Shown here: piece by piece, positions 37,950 through 48,790 of the stretch | Numbering within the stretch: position 1 is the first letter of the stretch | Layout: every line of letters starts with the position of its first letter | Assembly: GCA_051313645.2 (NCBI GenBank) | Contig: JBNRSN020000008.1 | Span: 42,036,001 to 42,100,000 of the forward strand | Source of the DNA: Centroscyllium fabricii | Lineage: Eukaryota | Reading direction: 5' to 3' | DNA length: 64,000 bases | Notes under the pieces: model-generated | Database searches by the model: none | Told to the model about the DNA's origin: nothing | The model's input: only the letters and a program-made list of their open reading frames with translations | Position numbers and translations under genes: made by a program

Positions 37950-38885
37950 TCTTGTAACTTTGTGAATAAAATTGATGCGCAAATCAATCACGCCAGTCAT
38001 TGGTGAAAAGTAATTGAAGGCTTTTATTCACAAAGAACTGAACCTGGTCTGCGATGAGTCCGCCCGGAATGAGAGCCAGGTGGGCGGAGCATTCTCCTTT
38101 ATACCCATACTCAGAGGCGGGGTCAGCCAGTCCAGGTCCAGGTCCTTACAGAAAGGTACAGATTTATTAACACAAACTATATACAATAATAGTACAGTGT
38201 GAACCACACCAAATGGTTCATCACAGTAAGTATTGAAAAGGTTACGCTGACAAATATCAGCCATAACGATCCCTTTTTTATCCGGTAAGTGTTTTATGTT
38301 ATAGAATTTAAGTTTTTTTTTACAGGTTTTTACTTTTTTTAAACTGTAAAGACAGGTAACTATTTTTTTAGGACAGTTAAAAACTTTTTTTTAAAATTCT
38401 ACATTTAAATTTTTTCTTTAAAATAGCTAATTAATGTTAGTTGGAGTATTGTTAAAAAATGTGTTTTATAAATTTTATTTTTGCATTTAGATGTGTTTTT
38501 GAAGCTCTTCCTTTTCATAACCTACATAGATTTCTCTGTGTGAGTTATGAATGGAGGATTGCTTCCATTGATTGTCTCCCAGCAGATCACGTGGTGCTGT
38601 GCGAGATCTCCCACTAACTACAACATTGAGTTACACCAGCGCGGCGCCTGGAGCCTGCAGCAGCTTCACAAATCGGGATTTCACATCCCAGAATTGCAGA
38701 ACGGCAGGAGCGCAGGGCAAGTGGACCTCGGAGGCATACACGCGCAGGAAGCCTCCAAGGCTAATTTTGGGGCCATTATTTCAGGTCGAAACCCTTCTTC
38801 AGGACTGAGAAAAAAGCAGGAAATGAAACAGATGAAAAAGCAAGTTGGGGGCTGGGAAATGGGGGAGGGGATGAAAGAACAAAAG

Positions 38886-39545
38886 GCACAGCGGCAGCAG
38901 CTTCGCGGGCTTTTTTCAAAGCCAGGGGGAGAGCACAGCGGCAGCGCGACGTGGAGCGGACCTAGAGGGGGTCCCATAGTCGGCGGGGGCGGAAATAGCA
39001 GCGAGGAGGCGGCTACAAAAGTCGCCGAGGAGCGAGGCCCAGAGCACAGCGGCAGCAGCTTCGCGGGCTTTTTTCAAAGCCAGGGGGAGAGCACAGCGGC
39101 AGCGCGACGTGGAGCGGACCTAGAGGGGGTCCCATAGTCGGCGGGGGCGGAAATAGCAGCGAGGAGGCGGCTACAAAAGTCGCCAAGGAGCGAGGCCCAG
39201 AGCACAGCGGCAGCAGCTTCGCGGGCTTTTTTCAAAGCCAGGGGGAGAGCACAGCGGCAGCGCGACGTGGAGCGGACCTAGAGGGGGTCCCATAGTCGGT
39301 GGGGGCGGAAATAGCAGCGAGGAGGCGGCTACAAAAGTCGCTGAGGAGCGAGGCCCAGAGCACAGCGGCAGCAGCTTCGCGGGCTTTTTTCAAAGCCAGG
39401 GGGAGAGCACAGCGGCAGCGCGACATGGAGCGGACCTAGAGGGGGTCCCATAGTCGGCGGGGGCGGAAATAGCAGCGAGGAGGCGGCTACAAAAGTCGCC
39501 GAGGAGCGGCAGCAGTTTCGCGGGCTTTTTTCAAAGCCAGGGGGC
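38886..39545 (+). repeat. 158-bp CpG-rich tandem monomers (about 4.2 copies) at the CR1 5' end
   Basis: CTTCGCGGGC recurs at 38901, 39059, 39217 and 39375; partial fifth copy. Confidence 0.95.
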
Positions 39546-40005
39546 GGGGCCAATCCATTGGTACCCGTATATAGGTGGAGCAGTTGCTAAACCCGAGACA
39601 CTACACTAGTAGTGTCTCCCACCCTTCCACCTCCTCTAACCTTTAGGGTTAGAGGGAATTTAAAAGGTAGGTGATTTATTGTTTATTTTTAGAGACTGAA
39701 CTTAAGTGGAAGGGGCTCCTGGACTCAGGTAGCAGTCGGTGGCAGCAGCAGGACCAGGGCAGGAATTTTTCGCGGGTCTTTCTTTCAGGAGCAGGCAGCG
39801 GGACGGTACTAGGAGGAGACAACAGGAGGCGGCAGCTATAAAGGCAAGCAGGGTAAGTGATTTTTTATTTTTTTTATTTTTATTTCTTTTTCTGAGGTCT
39901 CTGTGGTATAACGGGGACTTCTGGTAGACTAGCACCCTAGTATATATCTTGGTTTTTTTGGTGGTGTTAATTTTTTTTTCGTAAAAGTAATTAGAGGGGT
40001 ACGTC

Positions 40006-40940
40006 ATGTCAGGGGAGCTCGGTGCCATGCGTTGCTCCTCCTGCCACATGTGGGAAGCCAGGGACAACACTGGAGTCCCTGATGACCATGTGTGTGGGAA
40101 ATGCGTCCACCTTCAGTTACTGACTGACCGCATTGCGGCACTGGAACTGAGGGTGGATGGGTTATGGAGCATTCACGATGCTGAGGGGTGCGTGGATTTC
40201 TCGTACAGTGAGCTGGTCACACCGCAGGCTAAGGGTGTGCAGGCAGAAGGGGAATGGGTGACCATCAGAAAGAACAGTAAGGCCAGGCAGGTAGAGCAGG
40301 AAACCCCTGTGGCCAGCCCCCTCACGAACAAGTATACCGCTTTGGATACTGTTGGGGGGAACGACCTACCAGAGGAATGCAGCAGTGGCCAACCTCCGGG
40401 CATTGGGGTTGCTTCTGCTGTTCAGCTGGGGGGGAAAAGGCGTGAGAGAGCAATAATGGTAGGGGACTCTATCGTAAGGGGAGCAGATAGGCGTTTCTGT
40501 GGCCGTAGACGTGACTCCAGGATGGTCTGTTGCCTCCCTGGTGCCAGGGACGGCTGCAGGGCATCCTGGAAAGGGAGGGAAACCAGTCAGAGGTCGTTGT
40601 ACACATAGGAATCAACGACATAGGTAAAAAGAGGGATGAGGTCCTGCAACAAGAATTCAGGGAGCTAGGCAGAAATTTAAAGTGCAGGACCTCAAAGGTT
40701 GTAATCTCTGGATTACTCCCTGTGCCACGATTTAGTGAGTATAGGAATAGAAGGATAGAGCAGCTTAATACGTGGCTCAAGAGTTGGTGCAGGAGGGAGG
40801 GCTTTAGTTTCCTGGATAACTGGCCCTGTTTCTGGGAGAGGTGGGACTTGTATGGGGACGATGGTCTCCACCTTAACCGGAGGGGGACCAATATCCTGGC
40901 GGGGAGGTTTGCTAGCATGGTTGGGGAGGGTTTAAACTAA
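40006..40940 (+). pseudogene. CR1 ORF1 (zinc finger, coiled coil, SGNH esterase), frameshifted near 40550
   Basis: CSSCHM..CGKC, VGDSIVR, VHIGIND, DGLHL split across ORFs 40006-40608 and 40530-40940. Confidence 0.9.
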
Positions 40941-41011
40941 CTTGGCAGGGGGTTGGGATAGGTAGTGGAAAAGAGGGAGGTCATAGGAAGCCAGAAACAA
41001 ATGGTAGGAAG

Positions 41012-43891
41012 GTGAGAAACAATAAGCAAGGGAGAGAAACACAAAGGGCCAAACAAATTCATAATAGTGTGATCAAAACAAGCCTAAAGGCTTTGTATCT
41101 CAATGCAAGAAGCATTAGGAACAAGGTGGATGAACTAGCTGTGGAAATAGAGGTAAGCAAATATGAGTTGATTGGAATTACGGAAACATGGCTGCAGGGG
41201 GGGCAAGGCTGGGAACTCAACATCCCGGGGTATACAACATTCAGAAAGGATCGGCACAAAAGAAAGGGAGGTGGGGTGGCATTGCTGGTGAAAGAGGGGA
41301 TAAATGCAATTGAAAGGAAGAATATTAACTCAGAGGATACGGAATCTATATGGGTAGAACTAAGAAATAGTAAAGGGCGGAAAACATTAGTGGGAGTTAT
41401 ATACAGGCCTCCAAATAGTAATATGGAGGTGGGGGACTGCATAAAAAGGGAAATTAGAGAAGCTTGCAATAAGGGCACAGCTGTCGTCATGGGCGACTTT
41501 AATCTACATATTGACTGGACTAGCCAAGTTAGTAAAAATACTGAGGAGGAGGAATTCCTAGAATGTCTACGGGATGGGTATCTGGACCAATATGTCGAGG
41601 AACCAACTCGGGATCAGGCCATCTTAGACTGGGTATTGTGCAATGAGAAGGGACTAATTAGCAATCTAGTTGTACGAGGCCCCTTGGGTCGGAGCGATCA
41701 TAATATGATCGAATTCTCAGTTGAGATGGAAAGTGAAAAGATCAACTCAGAGACTAAGGTCCTGAATTTAAATAAAGGGAATTATGAAGGTATGAGAAGG
41801 GAATTAAGCAAGATAGATTGGGCAGTGTTCCTGGGGGGATTGAATGTGGTTAGACAATGGCAAGCATTCAAGTATAGGATGGAAGAAATACAGAACTCGT
41901 TCATACCGGTTTGGCATAAGAATAAACCTAGAAAGGTGACTCAACCGTGGATAACAAGGGAAATAAGGGACAACATTAAATCCAAAAAATGGGCATATCA
42001 ATTGGCCAAAAAAAGTACTAGGCCGGAAGATTGGGAGCAGTTCAGGATACAGCAAAGGAAGACAAAGGGATTAATCAGGAGGGGGAAGATAGATTACGAA
42101 TGTAAGCTGGCGGCAAACATAAAAACTGACTGCAAAAGCTTTTATAGGTACATCAAGAGGAAAAGATTGGTAAAATCCCAAGTCGGTCCCTTGCAGTCCG
42201 ATTCAGGGGAATATATAATGGGGAATAAAGAAATGGCAGACCAACTAAATTCATATTTCGGTACTGTCTTCACAAAGGAGGACACAAGCAACCTCCCAGG
42301 GATAGCAGCGAACATAGGGTCTAATGCAAGGGAGGAGCTGACAGATATCAGTATTTCTAGGGAGATGGTTTTGGGGAAGTTAAAGGGATTGAAGGCCGAC
42401 AAATCCCCAGGGCCTGATAATCTACATCCTAGGGTACTTAAAGAGGTAGCCCTGGAAATAGAGGGTGCTTTAAGGATCATTTTCCAGAACTCGATAGACT
42501 CTGGATCAGTACCCACGGATTGGAGGGTGGCTAATGTTACCCCACTATTTAAAAAGGGGGGCAGAGAGAAAGCAGGGAATTATAGACCAGTAAGCCTTAC
42601 ATCAGTAGTGGGCAAAATGCTCGAGTCCATTATCAAGGATGTAATCTCGGAGCATTTGACAATTAGGGATGAGATCGGACAGAGTCAACATGGATTTACA
42701 AAAGGTAAATCATGTTTAACTAATCTATTGGAATTCTTTGAGGAAGTAACTCGGAAAGTAGATGGGGGAGAGCCAGTAGATGTGGTGTACCTTGACTTCC
42801 AGAAAGCCTTCGATAAGGTTCCACATAAAAGATTAGCATGTAAAATTAAGGCTCATGGGATTGGGGGCAAAGTTTTGATGTGGATAGAGAACTGGTTGGC
42901 AGACAGAAAACAGAGAGTTGGAATTAACGGCTCGTTTTCTGAGTGGCAGCCGGTGACTAGTGGAGTACCGCAGGGGTCTGTCCTGGGACCTCAGCTGTTT
43001 ACAATATATATTAATGATCTGGATCAGGGAATTGAATGTAATATCTCCAAATTCACGGATGACACCAAACTAGGAGGGGGGGCAGGCTCTGAAGAGGGTG
43101 TCAGGAAGTTACAGGGCGATTTGGATAAGTTGGGGGACTGGGCAGATAGATGGCAGATGCACTATAATGTGGATAAATGTGAGGTTATCCACTTTGGGGG
43201 CAAAAACAGGAGGGTAGATTACTACTTAAATGGCAATAGATTGGGAGATGGGGAGGTGCAGAGAGACCTGGGTGTTCTTGTGCACCAGTCGCTGAAGGCG
43301 AGCACGCAGGTGCAGCAGGCGGTTGGGAAGGCAAATGGTATGTTGGCCTTCATATCAAGACGGTTCGAGTATAGGAATAAGGATACCTTACTGCAGCTGT
43401 ACAAGGCACTGGTGAGACCACACCTCGAGTATTGTGTACAGTTCTGGTCGCCTCGCCTGAGGAAGGATGTTCTTGCCATGGAAGGAGTGCAGCGGCGTTT
43501 CACCAGGCTGATTCCTGGAATGGCAGGAATGACCTACGAAGAGAGATTGTGTAGTCTGGGCTTGTACTCGTTGGAGTTTAGAAGATTGAGAGGCGATCTC
43601 ATTGAGACGTATAAAATTCTGAAAGGTCTGGACAGGTTAGATTCAGAGAGAATGTTTCCAATGGCGGGGGAGTCCAGAACCAGGGGCCACAGTCTAAGAA
43701 TAAGGGGTAAGCCATTTAGGACAGACATGAGGAAGAATTTCTTCACTCAGAGAGTGGTGGGCCTGTGGAATTCCCTGCCACAGAGGGCGGTGGAGGCCAG
43801 TTCATTAAACATATTCAAGAGGGAATTGGATATATTTCTTCAAGCTAAAGGGATTAAAGGTTATGGAGAAAAGGTGGGGACGGGGTACTAG
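41012..43891 (+). CDS. CR1 ORF2: APE endonuclease and reverse transcriptase, 959 aa uninterrupted (true start uncertain)
   Basis: YLNARS, ITETW, GDFN, SDH; NYRPVSL, DFQKAFD, GVPQGS, KFTDD. Confidence 0.95.
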   Translation: MRNNKQGRETQRAKQIHNSVIKTSLKALYLNARSIRNKVDELAVEIEVSKYELIGITETWLQGGQGWELNIPGYTTFRKDRHKRKGGGVALLVKEGINAIERKNINSEDTESIWVELRNSKGRKTLVGVIYRPPNSNMEVGDCIKREIREACNKGTAVVMGDFNLHIDWTSQVSKNTEEEEFLECLRDGYLDQYVEEPTRDQAILDWVLCNEKGLISNLVVRGPLGRSDHNMIEFSVEMESEKINSETKVLNLNKGNYEGMRRELSKIDWAVFLGGLNVVRQWQAFKYRMEEIQNSFIPVWHKNKPRKVTQPWITREIRDNIKSKKWAYQLAKKSTRPEDWEQFRIQQRKTKGLIRRGKIDYECKLAANIKTDCKSFYRYIKRKRLVKSQVGPLQSDSGEYIMGNKEMADQLNSYFGTVFTKEDTSNLPGIAANIGSNAREELTDISISREMVLGKLKGLKADKSPGPDNLHPRVLKEVALEIEGALRIIFQNSIDSGSVPTDWRVANVTPLFKKGGREKAGNYRPVSLTSVVGKMLESIIKDVISEHLTIRDEIGQSQHGFTKGKSCLTNLLEFFEEVTRKVDGGEPVDVVYLDFQKAFDKVPHKRLACKIKAHGIGGKVLMWIENWLADRKQRVGINGSFSEWQPVTSGVPQGSVLGPQLFTIYINDLDQGIECNISKFTDDTKLGGGAGSEEGVRKLQGDLDKLGDWADRWQMHYNVDKCEVIHFGGKNRRVDYYLNGNRLGDGEVQRDLGVLVHQSLKASTQVQQAVGKANGMLAFISRRFEYRNKDTLLQLYKALVRPHLEYCVQFWSPRLRKDVLAMEGVQRRFTRLIPGMAGMTYEERLCSLGLYSLEFRRLRGDLIETYKILKGLDRLDSERMFPMAGESRTRGHSLRIRGKPFRTDMRKNFFTQRVVGLWNSLPQRAVEASSLNIFKRELDIFLQAKGIKGYGEKVGTGY

Positions 43892-44661
43892 CTTGCTAAA
43901 GATCAGCCATGATCTCATTGAATGGCAGAGCAGGCTCGAAGGGCTGAATGGCCTACTCTTGCTCCTATCTTCTATGATTCTATGATTCTATGGAAGGTTT
44001 GTGAGAGGTGAAGAGACATTAAGAGGTATTCACGGCGAGACGAGATGGTAATAGGACAGACTAAGAAACAAAAGATGGCTCCAGATGAAGTGTGAAATGC
44101 TGTTTGGAAGATGAAATTTGGAAGATAGCCTAGAATGAGGAAGCCCCATCAGCCCAATTGATCGCATCATTGCAGAATATCAAGAAATTACTTCAGTTGT
44201 CTGGGAATCTAATCCGAAGTTTTGAGTGGCAAGCCAGAATTACTGAACCAGTAATGTTTATTCCCCATCCTTCCCTTTTATATTTGTTTTTAATGCAGTT
44301 TTTATTGGATTGCAAGCAACATATAACCTAATGGGCATTACAAGTATTTTTTCTCCTGTTTCTGCTCGAGACTTTTGTTTTCCCTTGCTTTTGCCATTGT
44401 CACGCCTCTCTTAACTTTGTTTTCATTCTCTCTGTAATTGTTAAGCCATTTCTTTTTCTCTGAAATACCTTTAAATCTCTTGACCTATTGATCTTGCTCG
44501 TTGCAATACATCATCTGGCAGGAATAGAAAAAAATAGGAGAATCAACACTGTTCTTCACCAAAATAATGAAAAAATATCCAAAAGAAAGAAATTATTGCA
44601 AAGCTTAATCCAACAACAAAACTTTAAAGGAGAAAAAACTGATTGTTTCTACTTTACCTTA

Positions 44662-45260
44662 AGGCCCTGTCACACCTAGACGTTTTAGACAGTGTATGCA
44701 AATTTGGCTAAAACGCTGAACTTTTGACTTTTTTTCAGTTTTGGGCGTATAATAGCGTATTCATAACGTATGCATAACGTATTAGTAACGTACACAGAAC
44801 GTATCGATAACTTACAGATAACTTATACCAACGAATGCTTAGCGTGTTGTCGGCGTTCTCAACTTATGCCCAACGATAGTCTAACGTATGCATAGCGCGC
44901 AGCAGCGTATCGCCGACGTTTTAGATAAATGTTGATACGTTGGCATACGAAATCGTCAAGGTGTGACAGGGCATGACAGGGGCACAGGTAAGGTGTGTTC
45001 AACGATCGCCTAACGTGCCTACAACGTATGGCCAGCGTATGCGGAACGTGTGAATCATACGCTAGATACGTCGAGATTTTTTGTGCATGCTCAAAAATTC
45101 TCGACTTACTCGAAGTACAACGACGTATGCAACGTATGCCCAGCGTATGCCCAGCGTTCTCGTAACGTATGCATAACGTACCCATAACGTATCCGACGTA
45201 ACCCAGCGTTTTAGCCAAATTTGCATACGCTGGCTAAAACGTCTAGGTGTGACAGGGCCT
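44662..45260. mobile_element. PIF/Harbinger non-autonomous element with long TIRs
   Basis: About 56-bp TIR AGGCCCTGTCACACCTAGACGTTTTAG..GCTAAAACGCTG; flanks TTA/TGA; many AACGTA/AGCGTA motifs. Confidence 0.88.
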
Positions 45261-45422
45261 TGAACAACTTGCATTCATACGCTCAAAGCAAACTGGTTAG
45301 ATTTGCAGACAGCATCAAACTGGTTTGGGGTAATTGAATTTGAAGAGGCAGCAATTGACTTACAGAATGAGTAAGAGAAAATATATAAATGTGTGAAAGA
45401 GTGGAAGATAAACTTTAATACA

Positions 45423-46156
45423 GGTCCAGAAATTGGGGACTCCACGGGTGAGTACGCCCCACGAAAGTGCCGGTTTCATGCATGCACTGCGCATGCGCGG
45501 GAAACCGGCACTTCTGTTCCCCCGAACTAAGGGGTTAAGAGGTGAAGCGCATGCGCGGGAGCGGCAGCACGTGCGCATTGCACTTATGTTTTTTTTACAG
45601 GTTTTTCCGTGTGGGTAAGTGTGAAAAACTTAGACATGTAAAAAGCAGATGTAAGGCCTGCATTTAACAAGGTAAGTGGTGAATTAATTCAAATTGAAAC
45701 ATTTTTTCCACAGGTTTATTATTTTTAAATAATTTAAAGAAAGGAAAGTTTATTATTAGCCCCGTTAGAAAATATAATTATTTTTTTCAAAAATTTAAAT
45801 TATTGCTTAAAATAGTTATTTCATGTAATTTCTAGTTATTTTAAAAATGTGATTTAAAAAAAAATTATTTGAAGTTTTAGTGATGTTTTGGGGCTTGTAG
45901 TTTTCATAGTTTTGACAGCTCTTCCTGTCAAACTTATGATTGGAGCATTCTCTGCTCCGATTGGCTCTCCATGGCGCACGTGATCCCAGAGGATGCATCG
46001 CACTAACTGCGCCGCTGGGACACGCAAGCATTGCGCACCGGCAGTTGGAGGAGGCCCAGGAACGGTATTCCACGTGGGCCAACAGCTCAACACGCAAGGT
46101 AAGTGCAGGTTGGAGGCTTACACCTGCGGGACGCCTCCGACCCGAATTTCTGGACC
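45423..46156. mobile_element. Harbinger-like MITE
   Basis: TIR GGTCCAGAAATT / AATTTCTGGACC; perfect TSD ACA. Confidence 0.9.
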
Positions 46157-46367
46157 ACAGACTTTAATGCAAGGTATTGCACAGAGGAAGAACAGGGGAT
46201 GACACGAGAACTCCCTGAATGGTGTTGAAATGGCTGAGACGGATGTTAAAAGATTAGTAGATAAAAGACTCTACAGTCTCTGTGGAGCAGCAATCAAGGA
46301 AGAAAATTGTATGCTGTAGTCTAAAGCTCAAGCAGTGGACTACAAGTAGCAGGAGGTCATACTTAAA

Positions 46368-47500
46368 GGGGTCAATCTTCCTGGAGCCGCCAGGTGGGCT
46401 TTTGGGTGGGCCTGTAGGGAGAAAAACCACTAAAACGGGGGTCCGCGACGCCTCCCGCCCGCTTGTCAGTTTCACCCGGTGAGTTCGATTGGCCCGCCTC
46501 AGTCCCACCCGGCATCGGCGGGGATGGTCGTTAGGCTCATTAGGGTCCCCTAATTGGCATCGGTAATGCCATTTTAAGGGCCCCTTGCTATTTTGAGCCT
46601 CTTTCCACACAAAACCCGCCTGGTTGGAACGTTGCAAGCTAGCGGACACACAATCGGCTTGGTGACTTCCACCTTCAAGGCATTAAAGCACCTGCCGCAG
46701 AATGGCTAGCTGGCCTCCAACATGCTGGAGGTCTAACTGTCTCCCTAGGGTGCCCAATATTAGTGGCCAAAATCCTTCAAAAAACTTACCAGTCAGCTGC
46801 TTCCCAATGGCTCACATAAGACATGCTGCACAGCTGTCAGAGCCTGCCTGTGAAACAAAGCACTTAGAGCTGTCAATCATGCAGTTGGCGTTAGTTTCTG
46901 TTTACATAGGATTGTGATCTCTGAAATGACTGCAACCACAAACAAACATACCAGACTAGTTAGAGCTGTCACTCATCGAGTTGCAGTTACAATCTGTTTA
47001 CATTGGATTATGACGTTATAATGCCCTGAAACCACAGAAAGAAAAACAGCAGGCTGTTGTAAGAATGAAACTTACATGATATGAACTTAAGGTAAGCTTT
47101 AATCAACTTATAACTGTGATACATACAAAAGAGCTCTTCACCATGCCTCTTACTAAATCATACTGAGTAGCCCAGTATTTATACTGGGCTAATTACAGGA
47201 AGTGACATCATACAAAGTTCATAGGTCCCCAGAAGTGATGTAAGCAAAAACTCCAAGCTAGAAGCTGTTCTGTATTACCACACAGGCCACTTAGATCTGC
47301 CAATCATTGGCTCTGCTGCTTACACAGTGGAAAGCCCACCCGCTTTCTGTGTAAAATGAATCAATTGGCAGTGACTTCCCACACTCGGGGACTTAATTGG
47401 TCAATTGAGCCAAAATTTTCCATACCCTTCAGAAAGCAGGAAGATAAAATGATCAGCGGGGAACCCACCCATTTCCCACACCTTCAGGAACATTGACCCC
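46368..47500. mobile_element. Harbinger-like MITE containing a solo LTR
   Basis: TIR GGGGTCAAT.TTCCT; TSD AAA; inverted homologue at 52969-54164. Confidence 0.88.
47055..47282 (-). mobile_element. Solo LTR
   Basis: TG...CA, perfect TSD CAGGC; absent from the sister MITE copy. Confidence 0.88.
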
Positions 47501-47679
47501 AAACTGTGCAATGCTCCAGTCAGACCACACCTTGCATACTGTTTCCAGATCTAGTTGTCATGAGGCAAGGACAACATTCAAGCTCTGAAGGCACTGCAGA
47601 GAAAAACAGACCTTCCCTTTTGTTCTTACATCCCCTCCCCCAATTCCCAGCCCCCAAACTTGCTTTAAAATCTCTGAAA

Positions 47680-48790
47680 GTTAACTCTGTTTCTCTCTCC
47701 ACGGATGTTGCCTGGCCTGCTGAGTTTTTTCAAAATTTTCTGTTGTTATTTCAGATTTCCAGCATCTGCAGTATTTTGATATTGCTTTAAAATCTATTCC
47801 TTTTCCTGCTTGCTTCCAGTTCTGACGAAAGGTCTTTGACCTGAAACTTTGAGGGGAATTTTCATGTCCCCGTGAGGTGGGATTTTGGGCGGCCCGCCAG
47901 CAAAATAGCGGAACTGGTGGGTCCCGCCCCTCCCCGCCGGATCCCCGCCGCTTTCTCATTTTCCCCCACCCAGATTCCCCGCCCCACAACCTTCCTGCCG
48001 CCGACCGGCGGGGATGGGTTGTCACCTCGTTAAGGGCCCTTACTTGGCATCTTTAATGCCATTTTAAGGGCTCTCAGCCATTTTGCCATGTTTGCCGCCC
48101 TAACCCCGCCACCTTAAACCCCGCTGGGTGAAACCCAGCGGGAGCACAGCGCTGGTTATAACTTCTGGACTATAACCTGGTGTTGTGTGACTTCCTGAAC
48201 TTATTACTTTCTCCTTTTAAAGTGTGGGGGACATGCTGCCAAATGCTTGGCATGCCTCCGGCACCATAGAGGAGGTAGTAACTCCGTTCTGCCTTCAGTA
48301 TCAGCTCTGACCAGAAACTGAGGAATCTGAGTTCTCACAATGGCCTCACAGCTTGCACTGGCTGTGAGGGATTCGGAGCCCGCCCACCTGTCAGTCACCA
48401 GCACTTGGCCTTTCCCATTGGCTCCACTCCACTGTGATGTCACAGTGGAGTGTTGCCATGGGAACTGACAACAACCAGTGCTGGGACTGTGAATCAAAGT
48501 GCTCGCAGCTGCGCTGCAGCCCGACTCGATTGACCGAATTACCTCCCGCTCTCGCCGACGGGGATTTAACGACCTCATTAACCTAAAATTGCATGGCCTT
48601 CCCAGCTGGTTGGGCGGGCGGGACCGGAAGCCGTCCAGACCAATCCCCGCCAGGTTCCCGCCCTTCCGGAAAAATTCCCCCCGTTAACTATTGTGTCTCT
48701 CTCCACTGATGCTGCCTGGCCTGCTGAGTTTTTCCAGCATTTTCTGTTGTTATTTCAGATTTCTAGCTTCCGTAGTATTTTGCTATTGTA
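47680..48790 (+). mobile_element. Tandem Penelope terminal repeats with hammerhead, the second split by a MITE
   Basis: GTTAAC...TCTCTCTCCAC..GATG.TGCCTGGCCTGCTGAG occurs twice; CTGACGA..GAAAC at 47822-47847. Confidence 0.8.
47851..48682. mobile_element. Harbinger-like MITE, same family as 19754-20848, opposite orientation
   Basis: GAGGGGAATTTT / AAAATTCCCCCC; flanks TTT/GTT. Confidence 0.88.

Larger units (their letters stand above)
33167..38225 (-). mobile_element. Full-length Ty3/Gypsy provirus, decayed
   Basis: 253-bp LTRs at 33167-33419 and 37973-38225 (about 6 substitutions by eye), TSD GTAAG, PPT GAGGAAGGGGTGAA at 33420-33433, gag-PR-RT-RH-IN order. Confidence 0.97.
32949..38774. mobile_element. 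Harbinger-like MITE split by the Gypsy provirus
   Basis: Ends GGCCCAAAACTA / TAATTTTGGGGCC; arms 32949-33166 and 38226-38774. Confidence 0.75.
38886..43993 (+). mobile_element. Near full-length young CR1 LINE
   Basis: Monomer array, 5' UTR, ORF1, open ORF2, 3' stem and (CTATGATT)3 tail. Confidence 0.97.
32845..44100 (-). mobile_element. Penelope terminal fragment split by a MITE (+Gypsy) and a CR1
   Basis: Pieces at 32845-32948, 38775-38885 and 43994-44100 rejoin into a Penelope end; hammerhead core CTGAAGA..GAAA on the minus strand at 38779-38802. Confidence 0.7.

Noticed and set aside
38547-39137. 196-aa ORF
   Set aside because: Chance read-through across MITE, Penelope and GC-rich monomer sequence.
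38886-39545. CRISPR-like array
   Set aside because: Units are contiguous and near-identical with no unique spacers; eukaryotic LINE context.
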